From Eledone cirrhosa (taxonomy: Eukaryota), in assembly GCA_964016885.1 (NCBI GenBank), contig OZ024744.1:60574001-60638000 (forward strand): a DNA stretch of 64,000 bases, given 5' to 3'. The notes under the pieces were generated by a model. The model made no database searches and had not been told where the DNA came from. It saw only the letters and a program-made list of their open reading frames with translations. Of the stretch, positions 26,063 through 40,582 are shown piece by piece. Every line of letters begins with the position of its first letter. The first letter of the stretch is position 1. The position numbers were made by a program, and so were the translations under genes.

Positions 26063-27642
26063 CATCATGAATATATTAAATATAAATTATACATATGTAA
26101 TACAATAATGTGTTATACATTATATGTATGTGTGTATATAGATATGTGTGTGTGCACGCGTGTATATATATCCTAAAAAGTGGACTTTAGTAGTTAAACA
26201 CAGGAACACCTAGAGTATTACAATTTCGCTCAGAAACTGCTGTTCAACATAATCTATATCTCCACTTCCATATTTTAAGAATATACACATAGCCACCTAA
26301 TTTGCATCACACTCTTAATTTTTCCAGTGAGACATCTCATACTTAGTTCCCATGCCAATCCTGTGTTTTAGAGATTAAAAACCGCTTAACAGAGATTTAG
26401 CTACTTTCTTTTAAAGTTCTTCAAAAGAACAATTACATTTTTTTTTTTCATTTTTTTAAGAGTCAGGAAATGACACCCTAAAAAAATTTTTAAATAGAAA
26501 TAAGATATTGTAAAATAACCAGAAATGCAAGCAACTGGACCAATGGATAAACTAATGAAGTGGGGGTAAACTGGTTACTGGCATGTTGGTATTTAAAGAG
26601 AGAGGGGGCTAGTGAAGAAAACTGGAATTGGTAATTTATTTAAACAACCTTCTCTATCACCATTATCTTCAACATCAGGGAAAGTGACTTTGAAAAGCTA
26701 ATTGATTAAATTAGTATGTAAATTTGGAAAGGGAAGGGAAGGACAGTGAAAGAGGCTTGAAAAATAACTAGAGAAAAAGAATATAACAAAACACTATAAT
26801 AGCCCTATAAGCAATGCTTGTTAACTCATTAACCTAGCTTTATATCTATGCAAATGCCGAAGCATTATGTAAGTCTAAAAAGAAAGAGGGAGGGAGGGCA
26901 ATGAATGAGGGATGATGAAATGGGAGGAGAGTGGTAAAAACTGAAATCCTCATTTCCTTATACAAATGAAACCAGATTGTCCTGAAGAACTGGGTAATTT
27001 ATATAATATAATATATATATTTCTTTATTTTGTTTAATCATTGTGTAGGCTGTTATATAAGCATGCTCAAAAGGGAGCACAACTTTCTCCCAGCTCAAAT
27101 TGATTTACTGGATACAAAAATTTTGCAGATAAAATATACATCCTGTATATTATAAGAAAAAGAAAGAAAAAAAATGCAAATAAAAAATAAAACTAAATAT
27201 ATATATATTATATATATAGTGTCTTGTACAAGATATATTATCTTGGCCTTGGGTTATTGAAATGTATATAAATCATTACAGTATGAGTAGAAAATAAAAT
27301 AATTAGAAAACATTCTTTCAATGAAAAAATTTAGTATATCTTTTCGAAACATATATGGGGAATAAAAATAAAATCAACAAAAATTTTGTTTAAAAAAAAA
27401 AGATTTTTTAAATTCTTTTCTTAAACATTTTATAATTTTTTTAAAATTTTGATTACATAATCAGGTGGGAAACACAACAGACATGACATACATATTTAGA
27501 TTGCTTCTAAATAAAATCTTTGAAATTATTTTAACCGTTTACTGTGTAATACAACTTCAAACTGAAGCAAGTTTTTTTTTGTTTTTGTTTTTTTTTTGTT
27601 TTTTTGGGGGTTTTTTTGGAGACATCTAAAACAACAATCACA

Positions 27643-27681
<39 letters not shown>

Positions 27682-28014
27682 CACTTGAGCTTTTTCACTA
27701 TACTTATGTGACAAAAAGCACTCTAAGTTCTGAGAATTTAAACCACAGTAAACGGTTAAAAAATATTAACATTTTATAAATTAAAATAACATAATATCTT
27801 TATAATATATATATATATATACTTTTTTTAAATAAAGCATTACATTTCAAAATATGGAAAATAAATAAAATCCCTTAAGGCACAGCAAAACTTTGTCATG
27901 TAAATTTGAGTGACTAGAATTAAGCATGTTGCATAATATAAAAAAAAAGACAAATGGGAAGGACTGAAAATTTCTATGGAATATCTAAGATTTGGGGTTT
28001 TAAAAGCAAGATTT

Positions 28015-29822
28015 AATATACATACATAGGTATATACATACATATATATATATATATAAATAAATACATACATATATATATACATACATACATACATACA
28101 TACACATATATATATGTATGTGTATATATATATATATAATACATACATATATACATACATACACATATATATGTATGTATTATATATATATGTAATACAT
28201 ACATATATATAATACACATATATATATATATAATACACATATATATACATAATACGTATATATATACATAATACGTATATATACATATAATACATATATA
28301 TACATATAATACATATATATACATAATACATATATATATACATAATACATATATATATATATAATACATATATATATATATAATACATATATATACATAT
28401 ATAATACATATATATATATATATAATACATATATATAATACATATATATATATATAATACATATATATATATATAATACATATATATATATATAATACAT
28501 ATATATATATATATAATACATATATATATATATAATACATATATATATATATAATACATATATATATATATAATACATATATATATATATAATACATATA
28601 TATATATAATACATATATATATAATACATATATATATATATAATACATATATATATATATAATACATATATATATATATAATACATATATATATATAATA
28701 CATATATATATATATATAATACATATATATATATATATAATACATATATATATATATATAATACATATATATATATATAATACATATATATATATATAAT
28801 ACATATATATATATATAATACATATATATATATATAATACATATATATATATAATACATATATATATATATAATACATATATATATATATAATACATATA
28901 TATATATATAAATACATATATATATATATAAATACATATATATATATATAAATACATATATATATATATAAATACATATATATATATAAATACATATATA
29001 TATAAATACATATATATAAATACATATATATATATAAATATATATATATAAATACATATATATAAATACATATATATATATAAATACATATATATAAATA
29101 CATATATATATATATAAATACATATAAATACATATAAATACATATATACATATAAATACATATATACATATAAATACATATATATATATAAATACATATA
29201 TATATATAAATACATATATATATATATAAATACATATATATATAAATACATATATATATATATAAATATATATATATATAAATACATATATATATATATA
29301 AATATATATATATATAAATATAAATACATATATATATATAAATACATATATATATATAAATACATATATATATATATATATAAATACATATATATATATA
29401 TATAAATACATATATATATATATATAAATACATATATATATATATATAAATACATATATATATATATAAATACATATATATATATATATATATAAATACA
29501 TATATATATATATATAAATACATATATATATATATAAATACATATATATATATATAAATACATATATATATATATATAAATACATATATATATATATATA
29601 AATACATATATATATATATATATATAAATACATATATATATATATATATAAATAAATAAATACATACATATATATATAAATACATATATATATATAAATA
29701 CATATATATATATATATATAAATACATATATAAATAAATACATATATAAATAAATACATATATAAATAAATACATATATAAATACATATATATACACACA
29801 CATATATATATATATATATATG
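28015..29822. repeat. 1.8-kb compound (TA)n array with AATAC then AAATAC interruptions
   Basis: Directly visible. Confidence 0.97.
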
Positions 29823-30180
29823 CATGTATCATTAATAAAAGAAATTTGATGGGCAGGTGAGCATGGGGGGAATAAGCAACAAACAATAAAATATGTAATG
29901 AATATTTTAAATTAGCAATAGGACAAAAATAGTTTGTTTTTTTGTTTTTGTTTTTTGTTTTTTGTTACAAGATAAAATTCAAGAAAAATAATTTGTTACT
30001 GATGAAAACAACAAGTTAACACAAAACACTAATGAGAATTATAGATTCAGAAACCTGTTAGTGTGTGTATATGTGTATATACATACACACACACGCTTAA
30101 TATTGCTGGTTGCATGAGTGCTTAACACACAGATAAAACTTCAGAAAAACAGGGTACTGACTCAATCTTAAAGTATATTT

Positions 30181-30222
<42 letters not shown>

Positions 30223-31320
30223 CACACAATTCTTTTTTCTTCTTTAAAGTCTGCTTAGGAGTTGTGAGCCAGCTGTTTGGAGACCCAAAATAAATTCTTT
30301 TAAAAGAATCACTGACATCAGGTTAGTTGAAGGAATGATAAGGTTTCTTTGTCACGTTTTCAATAATAGCATTCATTAGCATACAGGTTATATAACAGTT
30401 GTTTGCAGAAAAACAATGGATGATTGACATTGATTGATCTACTAAAATATTTATATGAAAATGTCTACGAAGCATATAGTAAGAGTGGAATTTTAAATTA
30501 TGTTTTACTTTATGCAAAACTATTACAATGCATAATTTTAGCTAAATAGGGAATATAACCCCTTGAAACAAACAAACAAACAAAAAATGGATCACCTCAC
30601 CTTTTCCTGTCTGAAAGGGTTATAGACTAGATTTATTTTCAACTATATATTTTATAGATAAAATAAATTAAGCATTCTTGTAGCTTTGCATAAAGCAAAA
30701 CATATTTTGAAATTCTATATCATATCTATCAAGTTACTCAGAGACAACAACCTTCTGGAATAGATTAAAATTCACATAAGAGTAGAAAGAAAAAATGCTG
30801 TGCACTGCACAAATGGCAGGATTTACAATAAAAGGAGAATCCTAAACAATTACTTTGGTTTGATTGATAATTTAATCTGCACCAACTTTTATTAAAAACA
30901 CTGTAAATCCATCTGTACAACCTCACATCAAACTTGGAAGAATGTAAAATCCTACTGCAGAGTTTCAAGTCCATATATAATAACATTTCTAACACAAAAC
31001 ACACATAATAATTAATAATAATGTAATTTGCCATTCTCTAAACAATTTGAAAATGTAAATCTATATCGGGAGCAGAGACTAGTTAGGAGGAGAAGGAGGA
31101 GGAGGTATAGAGGAGAAGAAAGAGAAGAGTAGATTAATTAGAAGGAAGATGTGATGAACATTTAAAGTTTTAAAAAATCCACAATAAATATATATATATA
31201 TACATAACATACATACATACACACACACATACATACATACACGTACATATATATATATACACACCTATACATATACACACCTATACATATATATCTATAC
31301 ATATATACATACATATACAA

Positions 31321-31353
<33 letters not shown>

Positions 31354-31488
31354 AAGGTTAAACAAGGTTGAATGAATAAATTAATGAATAAAGTTTTACA
31401 ATAGATTAGAAGCACTCCACAAGTTGGTTTTCCGGAGTTATTATTAATTCAAAATATTAACAAATATAGACATTCGTGTGATCAAGTA

Positions 31489-31555
31489 TATTTTATTATA
31501 CATATTTCAGAGGTACTGAGCTATTTACAATAGTACATCCTCATCAGATAAAATA
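31489..31555 (-). ncRNA. Minimal type I hammerhead ribozyme (inverted copy, sense to the mei-P26-like transcript)
   Basis: Minus strand reads tattttat CTGATGA ggatgtactattgtaaatagctcagtacctct GAAA tatgta TA ataaaata; the core is intact. Confidence 0.78.
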
Positions 31556-32783
31556 AGATGATGCTTGACATACCTTGACTATGTTGATGGTTAAAATTCA
31601 GTCATGGCAGTGAATAGATTAGGACGAAACTCAATATTTATATACCTTAAGATTGAGACATGAAAAAATTATATAATACAGAGGGTGCGTGTGAGAAAGC
31701 TTATAAAGATACATAATAAATAACTACTAATATAATATAAACCTACAAAACTGTTAGAAATTTAAATAATTTAAATAAAGTAATATATGGATAACACATT
31801 ATTGTAGAAAGAGGAAGTGAAAGATAGAGAGAGAATGATTAGAAATATAGAATATGATATGCACGAAAGCAAAAGAAGAATTAAGGATAGCGAGAAAAGG
31901 AGGGAAAAAAAGTTTTATAGTCTAAAACACAGGGAGGGAGACATATTGTCATGGATAAACAGCGTATAATTAAATGATACAAAAATATATATTTGGGCAT
32001 AGCTTGGTGAATGATTAATTTCGAATTGTTAAATTATTTAGAAATAGTCAATCAATCAAAATATCAAATATATATCTGGGTGTAATTATATAATGGTTTA
32101 TTTTCGAATCCTTAAGTTAATTAGAAATAGTCAATTAATCAAATATATATATCCCAGCGCATCCGGATGACTGTTAAATTTCGAATCTTTATGTTAGTTA
32201 GAAATAATGAATTAATCTAATGGCATAAGATCAGAAATCTTATGCCATTAGATTAATTCACACCCAGATATATATTTGATATTTTGATTGACTATTTCTA
32301 AATAATTTAACAATTCGAAATTAATCATTCACCAAGCTATGCCCAAATATATATTTTTGTATCATTTAATTATACGCTGTTTATCCATGACAATATGTCT
32401 CCCTCCCTGTGTTTTAGACTATAAAACTTTTTTTCCCTCCTTTTCTCGCTATCCTTAATTCTTCTTTTGCTTTCATGCATATCATATTCTATATTTCTAA
32501 TCATTCTCTCTCTATCTTTCACTTCCTCTTTCTACAATAATGTGTTATCCATATATTACTTTATTTAAATTATTTAAATTTCTAACAGTTTTGTAGGTTT
32601 ATATTATATTAGTAGTTATTTATTATGTATCTTTATAAGCTTTCTCACACGCACCCTCTGTATTATATAATTTTTTCATGTCTCAATCTTAAGGTATATA
32701 AATATTGAGTTTCGTCCTAATCTATTCACTGCCATGACTGAATTTTAACCATCAACATAGTCAAGGTATGTTAAGCATCATCT

Positions 32784-32850
32784 TATTTTATCTGATGAGG
32801 ACGTACTGTTGTAAATAGCTCAGTACCTCTGAAATATGTATAATAAAATA
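32784..32850 (+). ncRNA. Minimal type I hammerhead ribozyme
   Basis: Stem I tattttat/ataaaata; core CTGATGA at 32792-32798; stem II gtactg/cagtac; GAAA at 32831-32834; minimal stem III A-tatgta-T; predicted AUA cleavage after 32842. Confidence 0.8.
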
Positions 32851-32891
32851 TACTTGATCACACGAATGTCTATATTTGTTAATATTTTGAA

Positions 32892-32928
<37 letters not shown>

Positions 32929-33120
32929 AAACTTGGTCCCACCAGTAATTTTTAAACATCAAGTAATTTAAACTATAGAAATTGTTTGTTTTTTTATTTT
33001 CTTTACACAAGTATTTCGTAAATAAAGAAAAATATATCCTTTGTAAAGCTATATTGAAAATTGAATGTAACCTATTAACACTTAATCAAGTATATATAGT
33101 ATATATATATATATCTACAT

Positions 33121-33187
<67 letters not shown>

Positions 33188-33280
33188 CACATCAAATCAA
33201 ATCAGAAGTGAGGAAAACAAGATGTTAACAAATACTAAAACTACACCTAATTAACACATTTTTACATTAATTTAACATTA

Positions 33281-33324
<44 letters not shown>

Positions 33325-33612
33325 TGCACATACATAAATAATACATATTTAGATTCTGATTTTAGTGAGAGCATCATTTTTTTTTGGCATAGTAGTTTTA
33401 GCAGTCAACAAATATTCAATTTCTAATACTATGAAAAACTTTAAAAGGTAAAGAAAAAAAAACCTTTTGAGAACCAAGAACCACCACATGTGGGATGAGG
33501 TTTGTTCCTGGTGTAGAAGTCAATGCATATAATATGAAGGTGTGAATAATAGATTAGAACTGTGCTAGTTGATACATGCATACTTGCAGACCCAGCTAAC
33601 AACAGTATACAC

Positions 33613-33677
<65 letters not shown>

Positions 33678-34334
33678 CGTGTGTGTGACCAACAGCAATT
33701 AGTTCTGATAAAGCCCTGTGTCTGTAACTATGCTCGGGTTGCATCAGTTATCTCAAGTCATTCTGCTAGTAGTTATAACAAATAGTAACTCCAGCTCAAT
33801 AATTCACAACTAGTGTCAGTGTGCTAAAAGAATATTCTTTCAGAGATAGCTACAGAATATTCAAATACAGATAATATATAAATCAGACATTTTTTCTTAT
33901 AATCTGTTGAAAGCATGATGAAAAAGGAGAGGAAGATTAGGTTAGAATATTAAATAATCTCTCTCACAACAAGTACCATCGAATTAGCTTGCTTTTTAAA
34001 GTAGCAACTCCTTCGATGGAATATCCAAGTTGGCAAAAACAACACTAATAAATTTGATATAGACAATTACAGAAGGGAAAGGGCATGGGATTAATTTAAT
34101 TTTTGAACTTTAAAAATAAAGAAATATTCTTTTTAGATATATATCCTTTCAGATCTGGCAGTAGAACAAAAAGGACTAGTATATATATATTTTATAGATC
34201 ACTAGCATTTTTTTTAAATATTTATAAAGGCTACACAGTCAAAAAATAAACATTTAAAAATTTCTCATGTATTTCAAATAAAATTTATTTACATTCAATA
34301 TTAAGGAGGTAAAAAGGAGATGTAACACAACTTC

Positions 34335-35444
<1,110 letters not shown>

Positions 35445-35522
35445 CAGGGTGTCTCCAAAAACGTATACATACTTTGATTAGAATGCTGTTGAAGTGTGTA
35501 TGCACTTTTGGGGGACACCCTG
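35445..35522. mobile_element. 78-bp Tc1/mariner-type MITE
   Basis: TA duplicated at 35443-35444 and 35523-35524. ~30-bp imperfect TIRs cagggtgtctccaaaa.../...ttttgggggacaccctg. Confidence 0.8.
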
Positions 35523-36174
35523 TATGTATATGTGTGTGTGTGTATATACACACACACACACATCTATATATGTGGGTGTATGTATATGTATGCACACACA
35601 CACACACACACACAACCAAACCAAATTGGTTCAAATCCATACTTGACATATTTCCATCGTATCAATAGGATTGAAAATACAGATTAACATTTAATATACA
35701 CCAATTTTTCCTTTATTCTTTTTAAATAAATTTCAAAGATGTCTAAAATGGAGGGAAATAGATGAAAGCAGAAAAAAAAAGAAGGAAGATAAGATGTAAA
35801 ATAAATGATTCAATACTGGGAGGAAAATATATATTTTTTTCGAATTGTACAAATTTAATGTGATCTTTTTTTTCACTGTTTTTTGTTTTTTGTTTTTTTT
35901 GGGGGGGGTTTTGTTAACTTTGGTACTGTTTTTAATAGCGAAAAGCCACCACAAAACAATTTAAATAGTGACAGCATTAATTCAGAGGCAAAAAGAAGAT
36001 ACAAAACACTGATTTGACAGTTTCTCAAACAGCCCAAAAACAAAATACTAGTTGCTGTAAAAACTAGCAGTACCAAGGCTCATTTTAATATAACTGAAAT
36101 TTGTATAAATAATCATTGGTGGAGGAAGGGGAGTTGTGGGGGGGGAATAAATGGGTTAACGAAATATAGATGAT

Positions 36175-36483
36175 CTATGTAATATATAAAGTATCTAGAA
36201 CAAGAACATGATGGTTGTTTTTAGCAAGTGTAACTATATAACCTTCAGAAGTTATATTGAGACCACAACAACGACTAACTTTGACATAAGGACACTCAAA
36301 TTCTCCTATAAGAGACCCGTCAGATTGGAATACAGCAACATGAAAGCGGTTACCATGACTGTCTCCAACCAAAACATCTCCAGCATCACTGATGTCAATT
36401 CCATTCGGGTAATTTGTGATACTTTCGCATCCGATACGTCTCAGAAACTGCCCTTCCTCATTGAATACAACAACACAGTGTCC
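36175..36483 (-). CDS. mei-P26: TRIM-NHL protein: last coding exon (309 nt including TAG)
   Basis: ttttcag acceptor. Encodes [102 protein letters not shown]. Confidence 0.96.
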   Translation of the reverse strand, partial: GHCVVVFNEEGQFLRRIGCESITNYPNGIDISDAGDVLVGDSHGNRFHVAVFQSDGSLIGEFECPYVKVSRCCGLNITSEGYIVTLAKNNHHVLVLDTLYIT

Positions 36484-37259
36484 CTGAAAATAGAAAATAT
36501 ATTACCATTAATCTACTTAACCCTTTTGATAACAAACCACTTGAAATAGCTCCTGGTTCAATGATACAAAATTTTAATTTTAAAGTGCTTATATTTATCT
36601 TAAAACCACTCACCATAGTTTTATGAGAACTTAAGTTTCAAACACCAGTTTAATGAGTTATTTAAAAAATTAATGCTTCATGCAACGTATGGTTAAAGAG
36701 TCTTCACTACTCCATTCATGAGGGTGACTAGAGCAATGACAAAAGACTAGGGTTAAGTAGAAGGGAGCAAAAGTAAGCTATCCAGCAGAATACAGAGCAT
36801 AGGGTGAAGATAGGATAGCAAGAGGGAGTCATATCTTGTGTTATTACAGCAGCAGAACAATCAACCAATCACAATATAAAGCATTAGTGATTAATCTGCT
36901 AAAGAAGTTATATAAAAGATATTCCTCATAGTTTGGATGTTGACCACACAATCATGAAGTTCAATATGCAGGCTGGACAGTGAGTTGTGTTTGAACAAGA
37001 CACTTATTTTCACATAGTTCTAGTCTACTCAGTTGGGGGAAAAGGAATACCAGTAACTGCTAGGGATTATCCTATTCAGTGGAGTAACATCAGATACAGG
37101 ATGAAGTCTTTTCATGATAAAACAGACCCTCATTAAAATATCATGAATTCAGAAAATTGTGAAATTAGAAGATTAAAATATTTATAGAAAACCATTATAA
37201 AAATTACAAATAAATATTTCAAAATTTTTAGAAAAGTATAGAAGACAACATTTAGTTAC

Positions 37260-37411
37260 CTTGAAATCACAGACAAAATATTCTTTTCCACTAATAGCAA
37301 TGTCAGATGGTTCACGCATATAATCACTACAGTCAAACCATTTAATCAGGTCCCCAGTTTCAGCAATACAAAACACTGTTGGTGAGACACTGTCTACAGC
37401 AACAATGTGAC
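37260..37411 (-). CDS. mei-P26: TRIM-NHL protein: NHL repeat exon
   Basis: ttttag acceptor and gtaac donor, 152 nt, phase 1/0. Encodes [51 protein letters not shown]. Confidence 0.96.
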
Positions 37412-38591
37412 CTAAAATATATACAAAACATTTTTCATTAGCATTTTAATATATATATATAATTCACAAAACGTAATCATCATCGTTTAACATCCATTGA
37501 GGGTTGGACACGTCATAGATTATGTGTATTTTATCATGGTACCAACACTAAGGAAGATATGTCCTTCGCATAGCTGAAGCCGCCAAAAATAATATTGGAT
37601 GTTTGTCTATCAATGAGGTTATATACATCACCAGAAATAGACCTATCATAAAAAGCAGGCACGAGACAAAACCAATTGACTCATCTGACCACACTAATCA
37701 TCCAACCCAATTTCTAGCTGCTTTTCTTGACACCATCCTGTCATTGAAAAGTATATATACCACCAACCTTCAGTAAACTGCTTGTTTCAAATAGTGCTAG
37801 TGTGAAAACCCAAGGAGAAAGACACAAACATAGGTTTCTTTAATATTCCTCTACCAGATTCACTCACAAGGGACTGGTCAACCCAAGGATATAGTAGAAA
37901 ACATTTGACCAAAGTATCAGTGGGTAGAACTCAAAATCACACAGCTATATCTAATGTATCTATATCATAAATTAAACCGTCTACAGCAATGTATTTTACA
38001 CAGTGCTATAATCGAAGAGTGGGTGGATCCATCAACCAACTCGTCTTAAAAAATAAGTAGGCATATCGTAATATGTGTATTATGAATCATATTTATCATT
38101 TCATATCTGATTTTCCATGCTGGCAAGGGTTGGATGGATTTGTTATACACCAATTGAGTTCTTAACTAGAGCTATTTATTGTCCTATATAAGCTAGAGAC
38201 CATATCTCTTAGACACGTTCCAGTTTCAGCATGGTTTCTATAGTTGGATGTCCTTACCAACAACCACTATACAGAGCATAGCGCATGTATGTGTAGCTCA
38301 CTCTGTAAAGTGTTTTATGATAGAAAGACAACCATACCAAAACCGAAACATAAGTGAGACATGGTCCCTGTCTTGATAGGGCAGTAGCTCCAATTAAGTA
38401 CTGACTTGGTCCTCTAACAACATGTCTAACTCTTGCCAGCATGGAAAAACATTAAATCATTTTTATACTTGATTTTCTCTAGTGGCGCGAGTTGGATTGG
38501 CTGTTACAGACCAAGTTAGTTCTCAATAGTCAATACCAAAAAATTGTTTAAATTAAAAAGAAAATAGAAAAGAAAGTATCAAAAGTCTAAC

Positions 38592-38780
38592 CTTGTTGAG
38601 TAATTGCTAAACCAGCGACAATGTCAATGTAACGAATTGCAATTTTCCTGATAAAGTGTCCATTTTTAGTGAAAATTTGCATACGGGACCTTTCATTTCC
38701 CCTGTCACAAACAACGTATTTTCCAGAATTTCTCATGACAGCAACTTTCCTTGGATACCATAACTGACCTTCATCTCTTC
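38592..38780 (-). CDS. mei-P26: TRIM-NHL protein: NHL repeat exon
   Basis: 189 nt, phase 1/1. Encodes [63 protein letters not shown], which as recalled is diagnostic of mei-P26/NHL-2 rather than brat or lin-41. Confidence 0.96.
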
Positions 38781-38887
38781 CTAAAAGTATTGGGAAGAAA
38801 TTAAAAGGATCATTTTCCATATAAATTACATTTCAATTTTATGTATTTTAATTTAAATATAACTGATGGGGGCGAAAAAAAACCTAC

Positions 38888-39048
38888 CTGGTATTCCAAA
38901 TTGGTATTTAAATTCTCCATTTTTCTCAAATACTTGTATGCGATGATTGTTAGTATCAGCAACAATAATATCTTCTTCGAGACCCAAACAGAAACCATGA
39001 GGAGAATTAAACTGTCCTTTGCCAGGTCCCAACTGTCCAAATTTGCAC
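38888..39048 (-). CDS. mei-P26: TRIM-NHL protein: first NHL repeat exon
   Basis: tttgtag acceptor and gtaggt donor, 161 nt, phase 2/1. Encodes [53 protein letters not shown]. Confidence 0.95.
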
Positions 39049-39587
39049 CTACAAAAAACATTTTTATTCTTTTCAAATAAAAAAAATAAAACAACAGTAT
39101 TTGACGAATGAATGGAGACAATATCGGGTAGGAAGGACTCTCAAGTCAGGATAAGCACGGCAAACTAGTGCTTGAGCCAAAATGAGTTCTTTAAGTGATT
39201 AAATGAAAACAATATAGTGTTTAGAAGACTTAAATTTGGTTGTACTATTGACAATATCTCTAGCACTGGAGTCACAAAATGTACCCAATATACTGTAAAG
39301 TGGTTGGCATAAGGAAGGACATCTAGCTGTAGAAACCATGCTAAATATGGAAAACATTAACATGGCATGGTAATCTGACCATATCTAGTCTTGGACCATG
39401 ACAACCTGTCCAGCTCATGCTTGCATGGAAAGCAGGTGTAAAAGGATGATGATGATGATTATGACAAAACATAATTCATTTAATATAAGAAATCATACCA
39501 CTACCCATATTCAGATCAAAGTGCAAAACTCCTTACTTGTGTGAAACTATCATTCAGTTTATTACTAATCCCTTGCAATGTGCTGTG

Positions 39588-39700
39588 AAGGCATGTGGCC
39601 TAGTGGTTAAGGTGTCAGACTCACAATCATAAAGACATATATCCAAATCCAGGACCAGGTGATGCATTGTGTTCTTGAAGATACTTCATTTCACATTGCT
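39588..39700 (+). mobile_element. tRNA-derived SINE head (older copies also at ~13330-13542 -, 19515-19630 +, 21270-21410 -, 36920-37120 +, 54796-54960 +, 57380-57690 +)
   Basis: ggcatgtggcctagtggttaaggtg head followed by gcattgtgttcttgaagatacttcatttcacattgct, shared between copies. Confidence 0.7.
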
Positions 39701-40582
39701 TTTCATGATAGGACTGGGGCCTTTATCAATAAAACAAACTTTCTATGGGGTGCAACCTTGCAAGAAGCCAGCTAAACCTGCATAAATGAGCTGTAAACCT
39801 AAATTTTTTTTTGTGTTGTCATGGCATAATTTACAAAGAGGCAACAGAATTCTAGATAAATAATTCCTAGTTGGTTGATATGCCTATTATATGTATTTGG
39901 GGATTAAGTCACATCTTTCCCCATGAAATAATAGGAAGAAAAACAGCATTTGATGTAAAATCTTAATTCAAAATATATGGTACATTGTAAATATTGTATG
40001 TAAAGTGGCAGTGTGAATATATAAACTGTCTGTTGTCATCCATCAAACATTTTAAGGTCATTTTCTCTGCTAAAACAAGACTGGACCTAGCAAGCCCCAC
40101 ACTAGTGTTTTATTTGTGAGCCTTGGACCTTTTCAAATATTTATATGTACAATTAATATAATATACATGTAAGCCACAGGTAAAAAAAAAAAATCTTAAA
40201 AGCAGGCTATTGGATTGTTCTCTGTGAGCCTCAGACATTTTCAAATGTTTATATATGTAAGATATATAATATACAGGTGGGTCATTAGTATAACTACAAA
40301 TATAACTAGGTCATTACAGAAAGTCACTGGTCCCAGACTAAAATTAATCCAAATATGATGTAAATAAAAAGACCAAACAGCCTGCTCCAAATAAGAAATT
40401 CATGGGAATTACTTCTTGATATTAAATTAGTGTTCTTAAAGGTACTGTAGAATTTGCATATAAGGAAATAGATGATTAAGAGAATTTCCTCAAAATTATA
40501 TAAATCAATATCCATGCTGCCATGGATTGGACAATAGATTCTGACACTAAATTTATACTCTATTGTGTTATAAATATATATA

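Larger units (their letters stand above)
31353..32897. mobile_element. Fold-back element with ~640 bp inverted arms (31442-32083 / 32260-32897), probable Penelope-like pseudo-LTR pair
   Basis: Arms are near-perfect reverse complements. A perfect 24-bp hairpin sits at 32208-32260. There is a hammerhead motif in each arm, an unpaired tail at 31353-31441 and (TA)n on both flanks. Confidence 0.8.

Noticed and set aside
24767-29886. Long ORFs of up to 661 aa (YIYI/MYIC repeats)
   Set aside because: They are translations of (TA)n microsatellites that happen to lack stop codons, not proteins.
36175-39048. Alternative assignment as brat, lin-41/TRIM71 or wech
   Set aside because: [35 protein letters not shown] and KVSRCCGL match mei-P26/NHL-2, and no filamin domain precedes the NHL repeats.
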